The translations under genes were made by a program, and so were the position numbers. From NCBI GenBank assembly GCA_012518415.1, contig JAAYSH010000037.1:1-34606 (forward strand): a DNA stretch of 34,606 nucleotides, in the 5' to 3' direction. The DNA comes from Erysipelotrichaceae bacterium. GTDB taxonomy: Bacteria > Bacillota_I > Bacilli_A > RFN20 > CAG-826. A model generated the notes under the pieces. The model ran no database searches, was not told the DNA's origin, and saw only the letters and a list, made by a program, of their open reading frames with translations. Within the stretch, counting starts at the first letter, position 1, and each line of letters starts with the position of its first letter. This document shows positions 10,463 through 18,501 of the stretch, in pieces.

Positions 10463-11091
10463 ACTTGTTCCCTTTCTTCCTCGCGAAGTGCTAGTGCGTC
10501 AAGTGTTTCACCCATTGTGACAATTTGCTCGTTAGATACAGCAAATGTAATTGATGGGAGTAAATAAAAGGCGACGTTACCTTGGTCATAAGAGCCACTA
10601 ACTTTGGCGATAATATTGTAATCAGCAAGTATTCTTAAGGCACGGCCAATTAAGCGGCCACTAAGTCTTCTTCCAGGTAGCGTAATTCCGCGGTCATACA
10701 TTACTTGTAGGACATGCGGAGTCGTTATATATAGTGATTCGCCCGTCTGCGCACTTTCGGAGCGTTCATTTTCATAAATTAAGCGTAAGACAAACGCGAT
10801 TAAACTTGTTTCGCGGTCAAGTTTAACCCGGTTATATTCATAATCATTTGATAAAGAAAATACACCCATAATTAAATCTCGTTCCAATGAGTAACCAATA
10901 AATGATAAGTAATCAGAGACAAGGTCATAGTTTTCCTCTAAGAAACGAAAATCTGGGTTAATTTTAATTGTTTTTGCCCGTGTGTCATATAAATCACGGA
11001 CAATAAACGATGTTGATAATAAGTTGTTTACCGCTTTAGCAAAATTATTTTGATCGCTTTGCGATAATTCAATAAAACGTTCTTCAAACAT
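10459..11091 (-). CDS. jetB: Wadjet JetB / MksE-like KITE subunit (DUF4194-like, about 210 aa)
   Basis: Size and position between jetA and jetC. Sequence pattern YLSFIGYSL..D..GV, SLIAFVLRLIYE, YLLPSI. Start moved to ATG 11091, 1 nt after the jetA stop, with AAAGGAG upstream. Confidence 0.82.
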   Translation of the reverse strand: MFEERFIELSQSDQNNFAKAVNNLLSTSFIVRDLYDTRAKTIKINPDFRFLEENYDLVSDYLSFIGYSLERDLIMGVFSLSNDYEYNRVKLDRETSLIAFVLRLIYENERSESAQTGESLYITTPHVLQVMYDRGITLPGRRLSGRLIGRALRILADYNIIAKVSGSYDQGNVAFYLLPSITFAVSNEQIVTMGETLDALALREEEREQV

Positions 11092-11092
11092 A

Positions 11093-12523
11093 TTAGGCTT
11101 CGAGCTCCTTTCGCTTAAAAGTGAAATTTGGGATGCGGTATTTACCATTAACGACATAATCTTCATGGTCTTCTACCGTATAAAATGATGTTTCATCATT
11201 ATTTTTTAACGAGGCTAAAATAAGTAAAATAAAAGCATCGAAATCGACAAGCGGAATTTCTTCAGCTTTTAAAATCGATGAATCGCCAAAGGCTGTTTCC
11301 ATAAAATCATAAACTCTGGCGTCGGTAAAAATATTCCGTGTTTCATCAAGAAATCCTTCCATTAGCATCGTTGAGACATCATCATAATCAACAATTGGGA
11401 GTGGTTCACCGACTTCACGGTATTTCCTCACGATTGGATACATAAGTGAATCACTACCGATATATCCTTGTTTCGTTAAATTAACAGCTTTTTGCATATT
11501 TGTTAAAATCGGACCTAAGTTATCTTCATTAACAACTTTTTCTGCATATGCTTTAAAAATTGTATCTAAATGACCTTTAATTGTTTTATCGGTGTTATTT
11601 AAATATAAAATCTTTGATGACATCGCTTTTGTGTAATCTTGGTGGCGCATGTCAATTTCATCGATCATATTTGAAAGCGTTTCATACATATCGCATATAT
11701 AGTTGATTTTTTCGATCAAATCTCTTTCTGCTTCTTCATCATCAAGCCGACGATTCCAAACTTTCGCCTGCTTAATTAGTGTTTCCCGTGTTTCACGGTC
11801 ATATAGCCAGCGCTGTAAAATTGAAATAATTGGTCGTTTAAATTTTGCAACACTATCAAAAGTCTTTAATGGGTGATAATAGCGGTCACTAACATATTCT
11901 TTATAATTATCAAAATAATCACGGAGAATATTATTTGTTGAAAAGACGCGGCCAAGCCGGTTTTGATAAATGCGAATTGAATGACCGAGTGTGACTAATT
12001 CGGTACGGAGTTTTTTCGTGTTTTCATAGGCACGTAAAAGCGTCGCGTACATGAATTCATCCGGTTCATCATCTTCGAGCCGTAATTCACTGTAAGTCGC
12101 GTGCACTAAGGAAACGTATTTTGCCTCTTCATCACTTGTTAATTTATAAAGTAATTCCATAAAGGCGATTGAGTATGTAGGTAGCGCGATATATTCTTCT
12201 AAAGACCGAGAATCAATTTCAACTTCAAACCAACCTGTCTCTTCAAGCCGGCGGACGATATAAGCAGTTTTAGTTGCAAGTGTTTGCTTACTTTCTAAAT
12301 ACTCATCTTCATCATCTTCATCAAGGTCTTCTTCAACAATATACGCCATGATTTGGTTCGTTGCTTTTTCTCTTAAAGCACGAAGATAATCACTTTTTTT
12401 AATACTCATTTCATCACTTTCAAGTGATTCGTATAAAACTAGGAGGGCATCTACGTATATTTCTCGGTTAGGACTAGCTAAAACGGAGAAAAAGTTTCCT
12501 GGTACCAAATTATAAAGCCGCAT
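11093..12523 (-). CDS. jetA: Wadjet JetA / MksF-like kleisin (DUF5716-like, 476 aa)
   Basis: N-terminal VPxNFFSVLASPNRxIYVDAL and IVRRLEETGW winged-helix motif, YHPLKT. First gene of a coupled three-gene operon ending in an SMC ATPase. SD GGAGGAG. Confidence 0.82.
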   Translation of the reverse strand: MRLYNLVPGNFFSVLASPNREIYVDALLVLYESLESDEMSIKKSDYLRALREKATNQIMAYIVEEDLDEDDEDEYLESKQTLATKTAYIVRRLEETGWFEVEIDSRSLEEYIALPTYSIAFMELLYKLTSDEEAKYVSLVHATYSELRLEDDEPDEFMYATLLRAYENTKKLRTELVTLGHSIRIYQNRLGRVFSTNNILRDYFDNYKEYVSDRYYHPLKTFDSVAKFKRPIISILQRWLYDRETRETLIKQAKVWNRRLDDEEAERDLIEKINYICDMYETLSNMIDEIDMRHQDYTKAMSSKILYLNNTDKTIKGHLDTIFKAYAEKVVNEDNLGPILTNMQKAVNLTKQGYIGSDSLMYPIVRKYREVGEPLPIVDYDDVSTMLMEGFLDETRNIFTDARVYDFMETAFGDSSILKAEEIPLVDFDAFILLILASLKNNDETSFYTVEDHEDYVVNGKYRIPNFTFKRKELEA

Positions 12524-12550
12524 TTAATCTCCTCCACGTATTCTGGTCTA

Positions 12551-12559
12551 ATTTTAACA
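12551..12559 (-). promoter_or_regulatory. Extended -10 promoter (TG-T-TAAAAT) for jetABC
   Basis: Minus strand reads TGTTAAAAT 27 nt upstream of the jetA ATG. Confidence 0.5.
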
Positions 12560-12730
12560 TATTAAAGTGGTTTTTGTAGTACTTTTTTAACAATTTCATC
12601 CTTATTTTTTCGATTATTTTCTCAATGTTTTTTATTATTTAACTTTGTCTTAATTTTTTTTCGTTTTTAGTTGTTTTAAGTGGTTTAAAACTTAAGCGAA
12701 ATTTATCCAAAAAATGTTTATACGAAGTTA

Positions 12731-12739
12731 TGTTATACT
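12731..12739 (+). promoter_or_regulatory. Extended -10 promoter (TG-T-TATACT)
   Basis: TGTTATACT just before SD GGAGG and ATG 12757. Confidence 0.55.
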
Positions 12740-12756
12740 AGTTGCGGAGGAAAGTC

Positions 12757-13203
12757 ATGAAATTATACCCAAGTGCAACAAAAACTCTACTTATGCATTT
12801 ACTCGTCGGCGGAGTAACTTCCGTCTTGTTTTTTTTACTATTTGGCTACCCTTATTCACCCTTTGACCCAGCGAAACATATACTTCTACTTGTCATTCCC
12901 CTTGTTATTGCACTTATTATCGCTTTAGTTGCAATAAGGACGACGTCATATGAAATTAACAAGAAGAAAATTATCCACCGTAGGGGTAGAAAAGTTTATG
13001 AATATAAGTTTTCGATGATTGTATATGTTGATGATGAATATACAAGGAAACATAAAATATTAAGATTTTATACGAATAAGGGTGATGAAATCTTTTTACC
13101 ACTTGATAAGAATATGTTACTTTATGAAATTGTTCAAAAAAACGTTGGCTATTTATGGAGTTTTGAACAACTAAAAGAAAAATTCCCAAAAGCAAGCAAA
13201 TAA
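12757..13203 (+). CDS. Hypothetical membrane protein, 2 N-terminal TM helices plus a basic beta-rich (PH-like) domain
   Basis: Two hydrophobic segments followed by YEINKKKIIHRRG..YEYKFSMI. SD GGAGG favours ATG 12757 over TTG 12742. The domain call is pattern inference only. Confidence 0.7.
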   Translation: MKLYPSATKTLLMHLLVGGVTSVLFFLLFGYPYSPFDPAKHILLLVIPLVIALIIALVAIRTTSYEINKKKIIHRRGRKVYEYKFSMIVYVDDEYTRKHKILRFYTNKGDEIFLPLDKNMLLYEIVQKNVGYLWSFEQLKEKFPKASK

Positions 13204-13213
13204 AATGTTTATG

Positions 13214-13242
13214 TTTACATTTACATAAGTTAATGGTAGTAT
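13214..13242 (+). promoter_or_regulatory. Sigma-A-like promoter of rpmB
   Basis: TTTACA (13214-19), 17 nt spacer containing TG, TAGTAT (13237-42). Confidence 0.65.
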
Positions 13243-13277
13243 TCTAAACGTTAAGCGAATTACACGGAGGTGAGATT

Positions 13278-13472
13278 ATGAGCAGAAAATGTCCAATTAC
13301 AAATAAAGGTCCACAAACAGGAAATAAACGGTCAAGATCACTACGGGCAACAAGGCGAAGTTGGGGCGTTAATGTCCAACCTTTTAAAGTTGAAGTAAAT
13401 GGCCGGATGAAAACTGTCCATATGAGCGCTAGAGCATATCGTTCTCTCACAAAATCACAACGTGGTCGCTAG
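13278..13472 (+). CDS. rpmB: 50S ribosomal protein bL28
   Basis: MSRKCPITNKGPQTGNKRS..ATRRSWGVNVQ..SARAYRS. SD GGAGGTG. Convergent to the rpe operon, as in Bacillus. Confidence 0.96.
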   Translation: MSRKCPITNKGPQTGNKRSRSLRATRRSWGVNVQPFKVEVNGRMKTVHMSARAYRSLTKSQRGR

Positions 13473-13488
13473 TAATTTATTTGTATAT

Positions 13489-13520
13489 AAAAATAACGCT
13501 CAATCGAGCGTTTTTTTTAT
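13489..13520. terminator. Intrinsic terminator, likely bidirectional
   Basis: AACGCTC-AATC-GAGCGTT stem followed by a T-run and preceded by an A-run, between convergent genes. Confidence 0.8.
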
Positions 13521-13543
13521 TGCCTAAATATATTTAAATGAAC

Positions 13544-14233
13544 TTAAAAGTAAACTAAATTAATAATATTTATAATAATAAATAAAGCCGCATTAACTAA
13601 AATAACTAACCATTCCGTATATGCTGGTGCATAATTATTCGGCCTCGTAATATCTAAGACGCCGTCTTGGCGAATGCGTTTATCAACGATTGTATATTTA
13701 TATAAATTTGGATTAACAATAAGTATGATCGTCACAAATGCGGGTATGTAAGTAATGATTGCAGTAAGACCAGAGTAGTGGTTACCGCCAAATAAATTAA
13801 AATAATGTGTACCTAAAAGTGATGATACCCCAATAACAGCAATTACATTAATGCCCATAACAACTAAACGAAGCCGTGGGTATTTAAGTGTTAATACAAA
13901 TAATAAAAACTGCGTACCCCCAATAATAACCCATAAGATTGAACCAATTATTTGGGTGACATTACTTATTTCATTCATTGCTGCGAGTTTATCAAAGTAA
14001 AAGTAGCCAAATGCCATCATACTTAAAGATATCCCGCCAACAAAAATATAATGAAACGGGACAAACCATCTTTTTGCACCTTGGGCAAGTTCAAAGGGAA
14101 ATAAATTTCTAAATGAGTACTTCCGCTTTTGGAGCAAGTTAAACGCATTCGTACCAAAAATTAATTCAAGTGCAAATAAAATGACAAAAAGTCCAAGGAT
14201 AAACGTAAATGTAGATTGACTAGTTGCGCCCAT
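13544..14233 (-). CDS. Hypothetical polytopic membrane protein (about 6 TM)
   Basis: 229 aa with about six hydrophobic segments. Overlaps the rpe end. SD AAAGGA. Confidence 0.75.
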   Translation of the reverse strand: MGATSQSTFTFILGLFVILFALELIFGTNAFNLLQKRKYSFRNLFPFELAQGAKRWFVPFHYIFVGGISLSMMAFGYFYFDKLAAMNEISNVTQIIGSILWVIIGGTQFLLFVLTLKYPRLRLVVMGINVIAVIGVSSLLGTHYFNLFGGNHYSGLTAIITYIPAFVTIILIVNPNLYKYTIVDKRIRQDGVLDITRPNNYAPAYTEWLVILVNAALFIIINIINLVYF

Positions 14234-14903
14234 GTTCGAGTCCTTTCAAGTAAGCGACTTTCTTTTCAAAATCTTTTCCTTTAAATAAATAACTACCGGC
14301 GACAAGCAAATCAGCGCCTGCATCAACCGCGATCTTTGCGGTTTCTTCATTAATGCCTCCATCAACTTCAAGGCGGATATTAGCGTCTGATTCATCGATA
14401 ATTTTTCTTAACCTTGCAAGTTTATCGGTCGCAATATCTAAATACTTTTGGCCGCCGAAGCCTGGTTCAACTGACATAACTAAAATTAAATCGATGCTCT
14501 CTAAATAAGGTAATAGCGCAGTTACGGGTGTATTTGGTTTTAAAGATAAACCAACCTTCGCACCTGCTGCTTTAATTGCTTTAATCGTTTTTGTAATCAT
14601 ATTTTGATTACCGTTATAAGTTTCAACATGAAAAGTAACAATATCGGCGCCCGCTTTAGCAAACTGTGGTCCATACATCAGCGGGTCTTCAATCATAATA
14701 TGAACATCCATAATAAGCGGATATTTACCTGCGATTGATTTTAAAACGGGAATTCCAAAAGAAATATTTGGGACAAAATGCCCATCCATAACATCAAAAT
14801 GGAGATATTGTGCCCCACTTGCAACGACCTTATTTATTTCTTTGTCAAGATTAGTAAAATCTGCAGCAAGTATTGAGGGACTTACATCAAGTGGATATGC
14901 CAT
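14220..14903 (-). CDS. rpe: Ribulose-phosphate 3-epimerase
   Basis: SPSILAAD, HFDVMDGHFVPNISFG, MSVEPGFGGQ, EVDGGIN, VAGS. Confidence 0.97.
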   Translation of the reverse strand: MAYPLDVSPSILAADFTNLDKEINKVVASGAQYLHFDVMDGHFVPNISFGIPVLKSIAGKYPLIMDVHIMIEDPLMYGPQFAKAGADIVTFHVETYNGNQNMITKTIKAIKAAGAKVGLSLKPNTPVTALLPYLESIDLILVMSVEPGFGGQKYLDIATDKLARLRKIIDESDANIRLEVDGGINEETAKIAVDAGADLLVAGSYLFKGKDFEKKVAYLKGLEHGRN

Positions 14904-14973
14904 AAGCCGAGTCTCCTTTGTTTGTTTTGTCTATCTTATTTTATCATATATTTACACGTTTTAAGTTGAGCCT

Positions 14974-15837
14974 TTAATATTGGATCTTTTGTTTTGCAAC
15001 TTCATCATATACTTTTTGGTAATTTTCATATGAAGTTTTTGCAAGTTTCCCTTCATTAACAGCCTCTTTAACTGCGCAGTTATGCTCACTTAAATGCTGA
15101 CAATCATTAAAGAAACATTCACCTAAATACTTATTAATCCCAGGATAATAAAGCGGAAGTTCTTCTTTTTGTAGTGGCAGCGTAAATGAAGAAAATCCTG
15201 GTGTGTCACTTAAAAATGTTTCTTCGCCAATGGGGAATAAAATTACTTCTCTTGTCGTATGTCGGCCGCGTCCGCCGCGAACACTGTATTCACCAGTTCT
15301 CCGATTAAAAGCAGGGTAAAGTGCATTAATAAGTGCAGATTTGCCTACTCCGGTTTGGCCCATCATCGCGGTTGTTTTACCTTTTAATAATCCGCGAATC
15401 GCTTCAACACCTTCACCGCTTAAATTGTTAACTAAATAATATTCAACTGCGAGTTTTTCTAAGATGTTTGTTATTTCTTTAAGTTTATCTTTGCTAACTA
15501 AATCAATTTTACTTATAACGACGAGTGGTTTTACATACTCAATTGAATTAGCGTACGTTAAAAACGTTTCAACTAAGAGTGAAGAAAAATCTGGTTCTTT
15601 CGCACTCATAATAATTAATAATTGATCGATATTAGCAATTTTTGGGCGGATGAGTAAGTTTTTTGCAGGAATTAATTCACTAATAATTAAGTCATCTTGA
15701 TTAAAAGTTACATAATCGCCAACAATAACATTACGGTTAAAATGTCTTAAGTTACCGCTTAAGTTAACATCATAAATTTCACCTTCAAAATATACTTTAA
15801 AGTTTGAGCGAAATGCACTAATAATTCTTGCTTTCAT
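14974..15837 (-). CDS. rsgA: Ribosome small subunit-dependent GTPase A (circularly permuted)
   Basis: VGDYV, SKIDL (G4), GQTGVGKS (G1), GRHTT, DTPGFS, zinc knuckle CFFNDCQHLSEHNC. Confidence 0.95.
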   Translation of the reverse strand: MKARIISAFRSNFKVYFEGEIYDVNLSGNLRHFNRNVIVGDYVTFNQDDLIISELIPAKNLLIRPKIANIDQLLIIMSAKEPDFSSLLVETFLTYANSIEYVKPLVVISKIDLVSKDKLKEITNILEKLAVEYYLVNNLSGEGVEAIRGLLKGKTTAMMGQTGVGKSALINALYPAFNRRTGEYSVRGGRGRHTTREVILFPIGEETFLSDTPGFSSFTLPLQKEELPLYYPGINKYLGECFFNDCQHLSEHNCAVKEAVNEGKLAKTSYENYQKVYDEVAKQKIQY

Positions 15838-16721
15838 TAATTTTCTTCCTCTGTTGCGAATCCAAAAAAGCGGACAAAAAAATTTACATGTGGCTTTAAT
15901 AATTCCGGGTTTTCTTTAATATTTTCTAAGTCTTTAACGAATAAATCAACACTTTTATAACGGTTTCTTGGCCGTTTTTTACATGCCCGCATAATAATTT
16001 TTTCTAATGCTTTTGGCATATTTGCAATATATTTTTTCGGGCTTGGGAAGCGTTCTTTTATATGCTTAAGCGCAATATCTTCATTAGTTTCACCGTCAAA
16101 AGGGAGTCTGCCGGTCACAAGTTCAAATAAAGTTACACCAAGCGAATATATATCACTTGCGTAAGTCGCTTCTTTGCCTTGGGCGACTTCTGGTGCTAAA
16201 TAGTGAGCTGAACCAACGATAATCCCATCTACTGGAGATAAATTTATTTTCGCGACCCCAAAATCACCTAACTTAATGACCCCATCAGTTGTTAAAAAGA
16301 CGTTTGTAGGTTTAATATCGCAGTGAATAATTTTATTTTGATGAGCGAAACTAACAGCTTTTCCTAATTGAATCATCGCATCAATTGCTTCGATGTAAGT
16401 AAAGCGGCGCCTTGCATCAAGTAACTCCTGGAGTGTTGCCCCAACAATAATTTCATTAATAATATAGGGACGACCAAGATGAGACCCTAAATTAATTACA
16501 TTAACAATATTTGGATGAGATAACTTTGCACTCGCGCTTGCTTCATTACGGAAGCGGTTTTTAAAGTTTTCATCACTAGCTAGTTGCTCATGCATAAGTT
16601 TAACTGCAACTCGCCGCTTATTTATTATATCAAAGCCTTCATATACTTCGGCCATCCCGCCTTCACCTAAAAAGGAAATTACCCGGTACCGTTCATCAAT
16701 TAAATGACCGATTTTAATCAT
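15837..16721 (-). CDS. prkC: Hanks-type Ser/Thr kinase, PrkC ortholog reduced to the catalytic domain
   Basis: GEGGMAEVY, VAVK, HCDIKPTN, DFG, YLAPE, SDIYSLG. Lies between prpC and rsgA. No TM or PASTA region. Confidence 0.9.
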   Translation of the reverse strand: MIKIGHLIDERYRVISFLGEGGMAEVYEGFDIINKRRVAVKLMHEQLASDENFKNRFRNEASASAKLSHPNIVNVINLGSHLGRPYIINEIIVGATLQELLDARRRFTYIEAIDAMIQLGKAVSFAHQNKIIHCDIKPTNVFLTTDGVIKLGDFGVAKINLSPVDGIIVGSAHYLAPEVAQGKEATYASDIYSLGVTLFELVTGRLPFDGETNEDIALKHIKERFPSPKKYIANMPKALEKIIMRACKKRPRNRYKSVDLFVKDLENIKENPELLKPHVNFFVRFFGFATEEEN

Positions 16722-17464
16722 ACATCCGCCTCCAATAAGGCAACTGCGATATTATCATCACCGCCATTTTCATTAGCTAAAACAACTAGCGTAGCAACTT
16801 TTTGCTCGACTGCATCATTAGTCGAAAGAATGTTACTTATTTGTGAAGTCGTTATGCGGTGATATAATCCGTCACTACATAATAAAATCGTTTCATTTTT
16901 ATACAGATAGTGATTAATTTCGATTGGAGTTTTTGCGTGGAGTCCAAGTGCATTTGTTAATATATGTCTTCTTGAATCACTTGAGCGTTCTTCTTCACTT
17001 ATATGCCCACTTTTAATTAAATAGTCGACATATGTTTGATCTTCACTTAAAAGTGTAAGTCCTTCAGACTTCTCAAATTTATAAGCTCGTGAATCACCGA
17101 CATTAGCAATAATTATACTATTTTTTAAAATTAGCGCACATATAAGTGTTGTCCCCATTCCACCTTTAATATTAGTTTCTTTTGCATGTTTAAATATACG
17201 TGTATTTGCTTTACGGATTGTTTTTCTTAACCATATTTTGGCTGATAAGGTCGTAAAAAACCTTGACTTTGCTCTAAACGTTTCAATAAGTGTATCACAT
17301 GCTAGTTGGGCCGCAATTTCGCCACCATCATGGCCTCCCATCCCGTCTGCAACAACCATTAAAACATCACCACGCGAATTAACGACAATATATCCACGAT
17401 CTTCATTTTTCTCGCGAACTTTACCTTTATCAACTTTTACACTGTAGCGCTTTGGGGTTCTCAT
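16718..17464 (-). CDS. prpC: PP2C-family Ser/Thr phosphatase (PrpC/Stp1)
   Basis: REKNED, VADGMGGH, GMGTT, NVGDSRAY, LCSDGL, GGDDNI. Start moved to ATG 17464 (SD AAGGAGG, ATGA overlap with the rlmN stop). Confidence 0.94.
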   Translation of the reverse strand: MRTPKRYSVKVDKGKVREKNEDRGYIVVNSRGDVLMVVADGMGGHDGGEIAAQLACDTLIETFRAKSRFFTTLSAKIWLRKTIRKANTRIFKHAKETNIKGGMGTTLICALILKNSIIIANVGDSRAYKFEKSEGLTLLSEDQTYVDYLIKSGHISEEERSSDSRRHILTNALGLHAKTPIEINHYLYKNETILLCSDGLYHRITTSQISNILSTNDAVEQKVATLVVLANENGGDDNIAVALLEADV

Positions 17465-18501
17465 GAGTTTTCCTCCTTCGCCCGAAGTTGACCACATGCC
17501 GCATCAATATCAGTTCCAAATTCTTTGCGCACGGTTGTTGTAATTCCCCGTTTAATTAAACGGTCTAAAAACGCAGATACGCGATTATTTGGCGTGCGCT
17601 GGTACGGAAGTTCTTCAACTGGATTAAATGGGATTAAGTTTACATATCCGTTTGTTCCGCGGATTAAATCACTTAATTCATCAGCGTCTGCAAGTGAGTC
17701 ATTAACGTCTTTAAGTAAAATATATTCATAAGTAACGCGGCGATTTGTCATTTTTTCGTAGTATTTAATCGCTTCCATTAACGCTTCTAATGGATAAGTC
17801 CGGTTAATTTTCATTAACCTTGAGCGCGTCTTATTATTTGCAGCGTGAAGCGAGATTGCTAAGTTAACTTGTAAGCCTTCATGGGCGAACTTTTTTATTT
17901 TATCTGGGATTCCGCATGTTGAAATTGTTAAGTGACGGGCGCCAATTTCTAGTCCGTATGGGTGATTAATCAAACGAATAAAGTTAAGAACATTATCATA
18001 ATTATCAAACGGTTCTCCTGTCCCCATAACAACAACATGAGTTACTCTTTCACCGTTACCTTCTTCACGGAGTAAATCATTCATGATAAGTACTTGAATA
18101 AGCATTTCACCAGTTGTAAGGTCACGGCGTTTTCTTAGTAAACCCGAGGCGCAGAAAGTGCAGGCCATATTACAGCCAAGCTGGCTTGTCACACAAACAA
18201 CATTCCCGTAACTATATCGCATTAATACAGCTTCTACGAGCGCGCCATCTTCAAGTTCGATGAGTAATTTAATTGTCCCATCACTACTTACTTGTTTTGT
18301 ATGAACTTTTCGCTGAGGAAAATAAAAATCGCTAAGTAGTTCCTCACGAAATACTTTTGATATATCACTCATTTCACTAAAATCAGTTACTTGTTTTTTA
18401 TATACCCACTTAAAAAGTTGGGTCGCGCGGTAATTACTTTGACCGCGGTTTGCTAGTTCTTCTTGAAGTAATTCGTAAGAAAAATCATAAAAATTAAGCA
18501 T
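17461..18501 (-). CDS. rlmN: 23S rRNA m2A2503 / tRNA m2A37 radical-SAM methyltransferase
   Basis: CNMACTFC (CxxxCxxC), MGTGEP, ISLHA, IDAACGQL. SD spacing favours ATG 18501 over 18507. Confidence 0.95.
   Translation of the reverse strand: MLNFYDFSYELLQEELANRGQSNYRATQLFKWVYKKQVTDFSEMSDISKVFREELLSDFYFPQRKVHTKQVSSDGTIKLLIELEDGALVEAVLMRYSYGNVVCVTSQLGCNMACTFCASGLLRKRRDLTTGEMLIQVLIMNDLLREEGNGERVTHVVVMGTGEPFDNYDNVLNFIRLINHPYGLEIGARHLTISTCGIPDKIKKFAHEGLQVNLAISLHAANNKTRSRLMKINRTYPLEALMEAIKYYEKMTNRRVTYEYILLKDVNDSLADADELSDLIRGTNGYVNLIPFNPVEELPYQRTPNNRVSAFLDRLIKRGITTTVRKEFGTDIDAACGQLRAKEENS

Noticed and set aside
1-12523. Single defence island joining type I R-M and Wadjet
   Set aside because: The two are separated by the glg operon, differ in spot-checked codon use, and no integrase or att repeats were seen.
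13244-13450. 68-aa minus-strand ORF
   Set aside because: Antisense to rpmB.
13278-13472. bL28 with only one Cys as a special zinc-free paralog
   Set aside because: Same pattern as the ordinary B. subtilis-type bL28.
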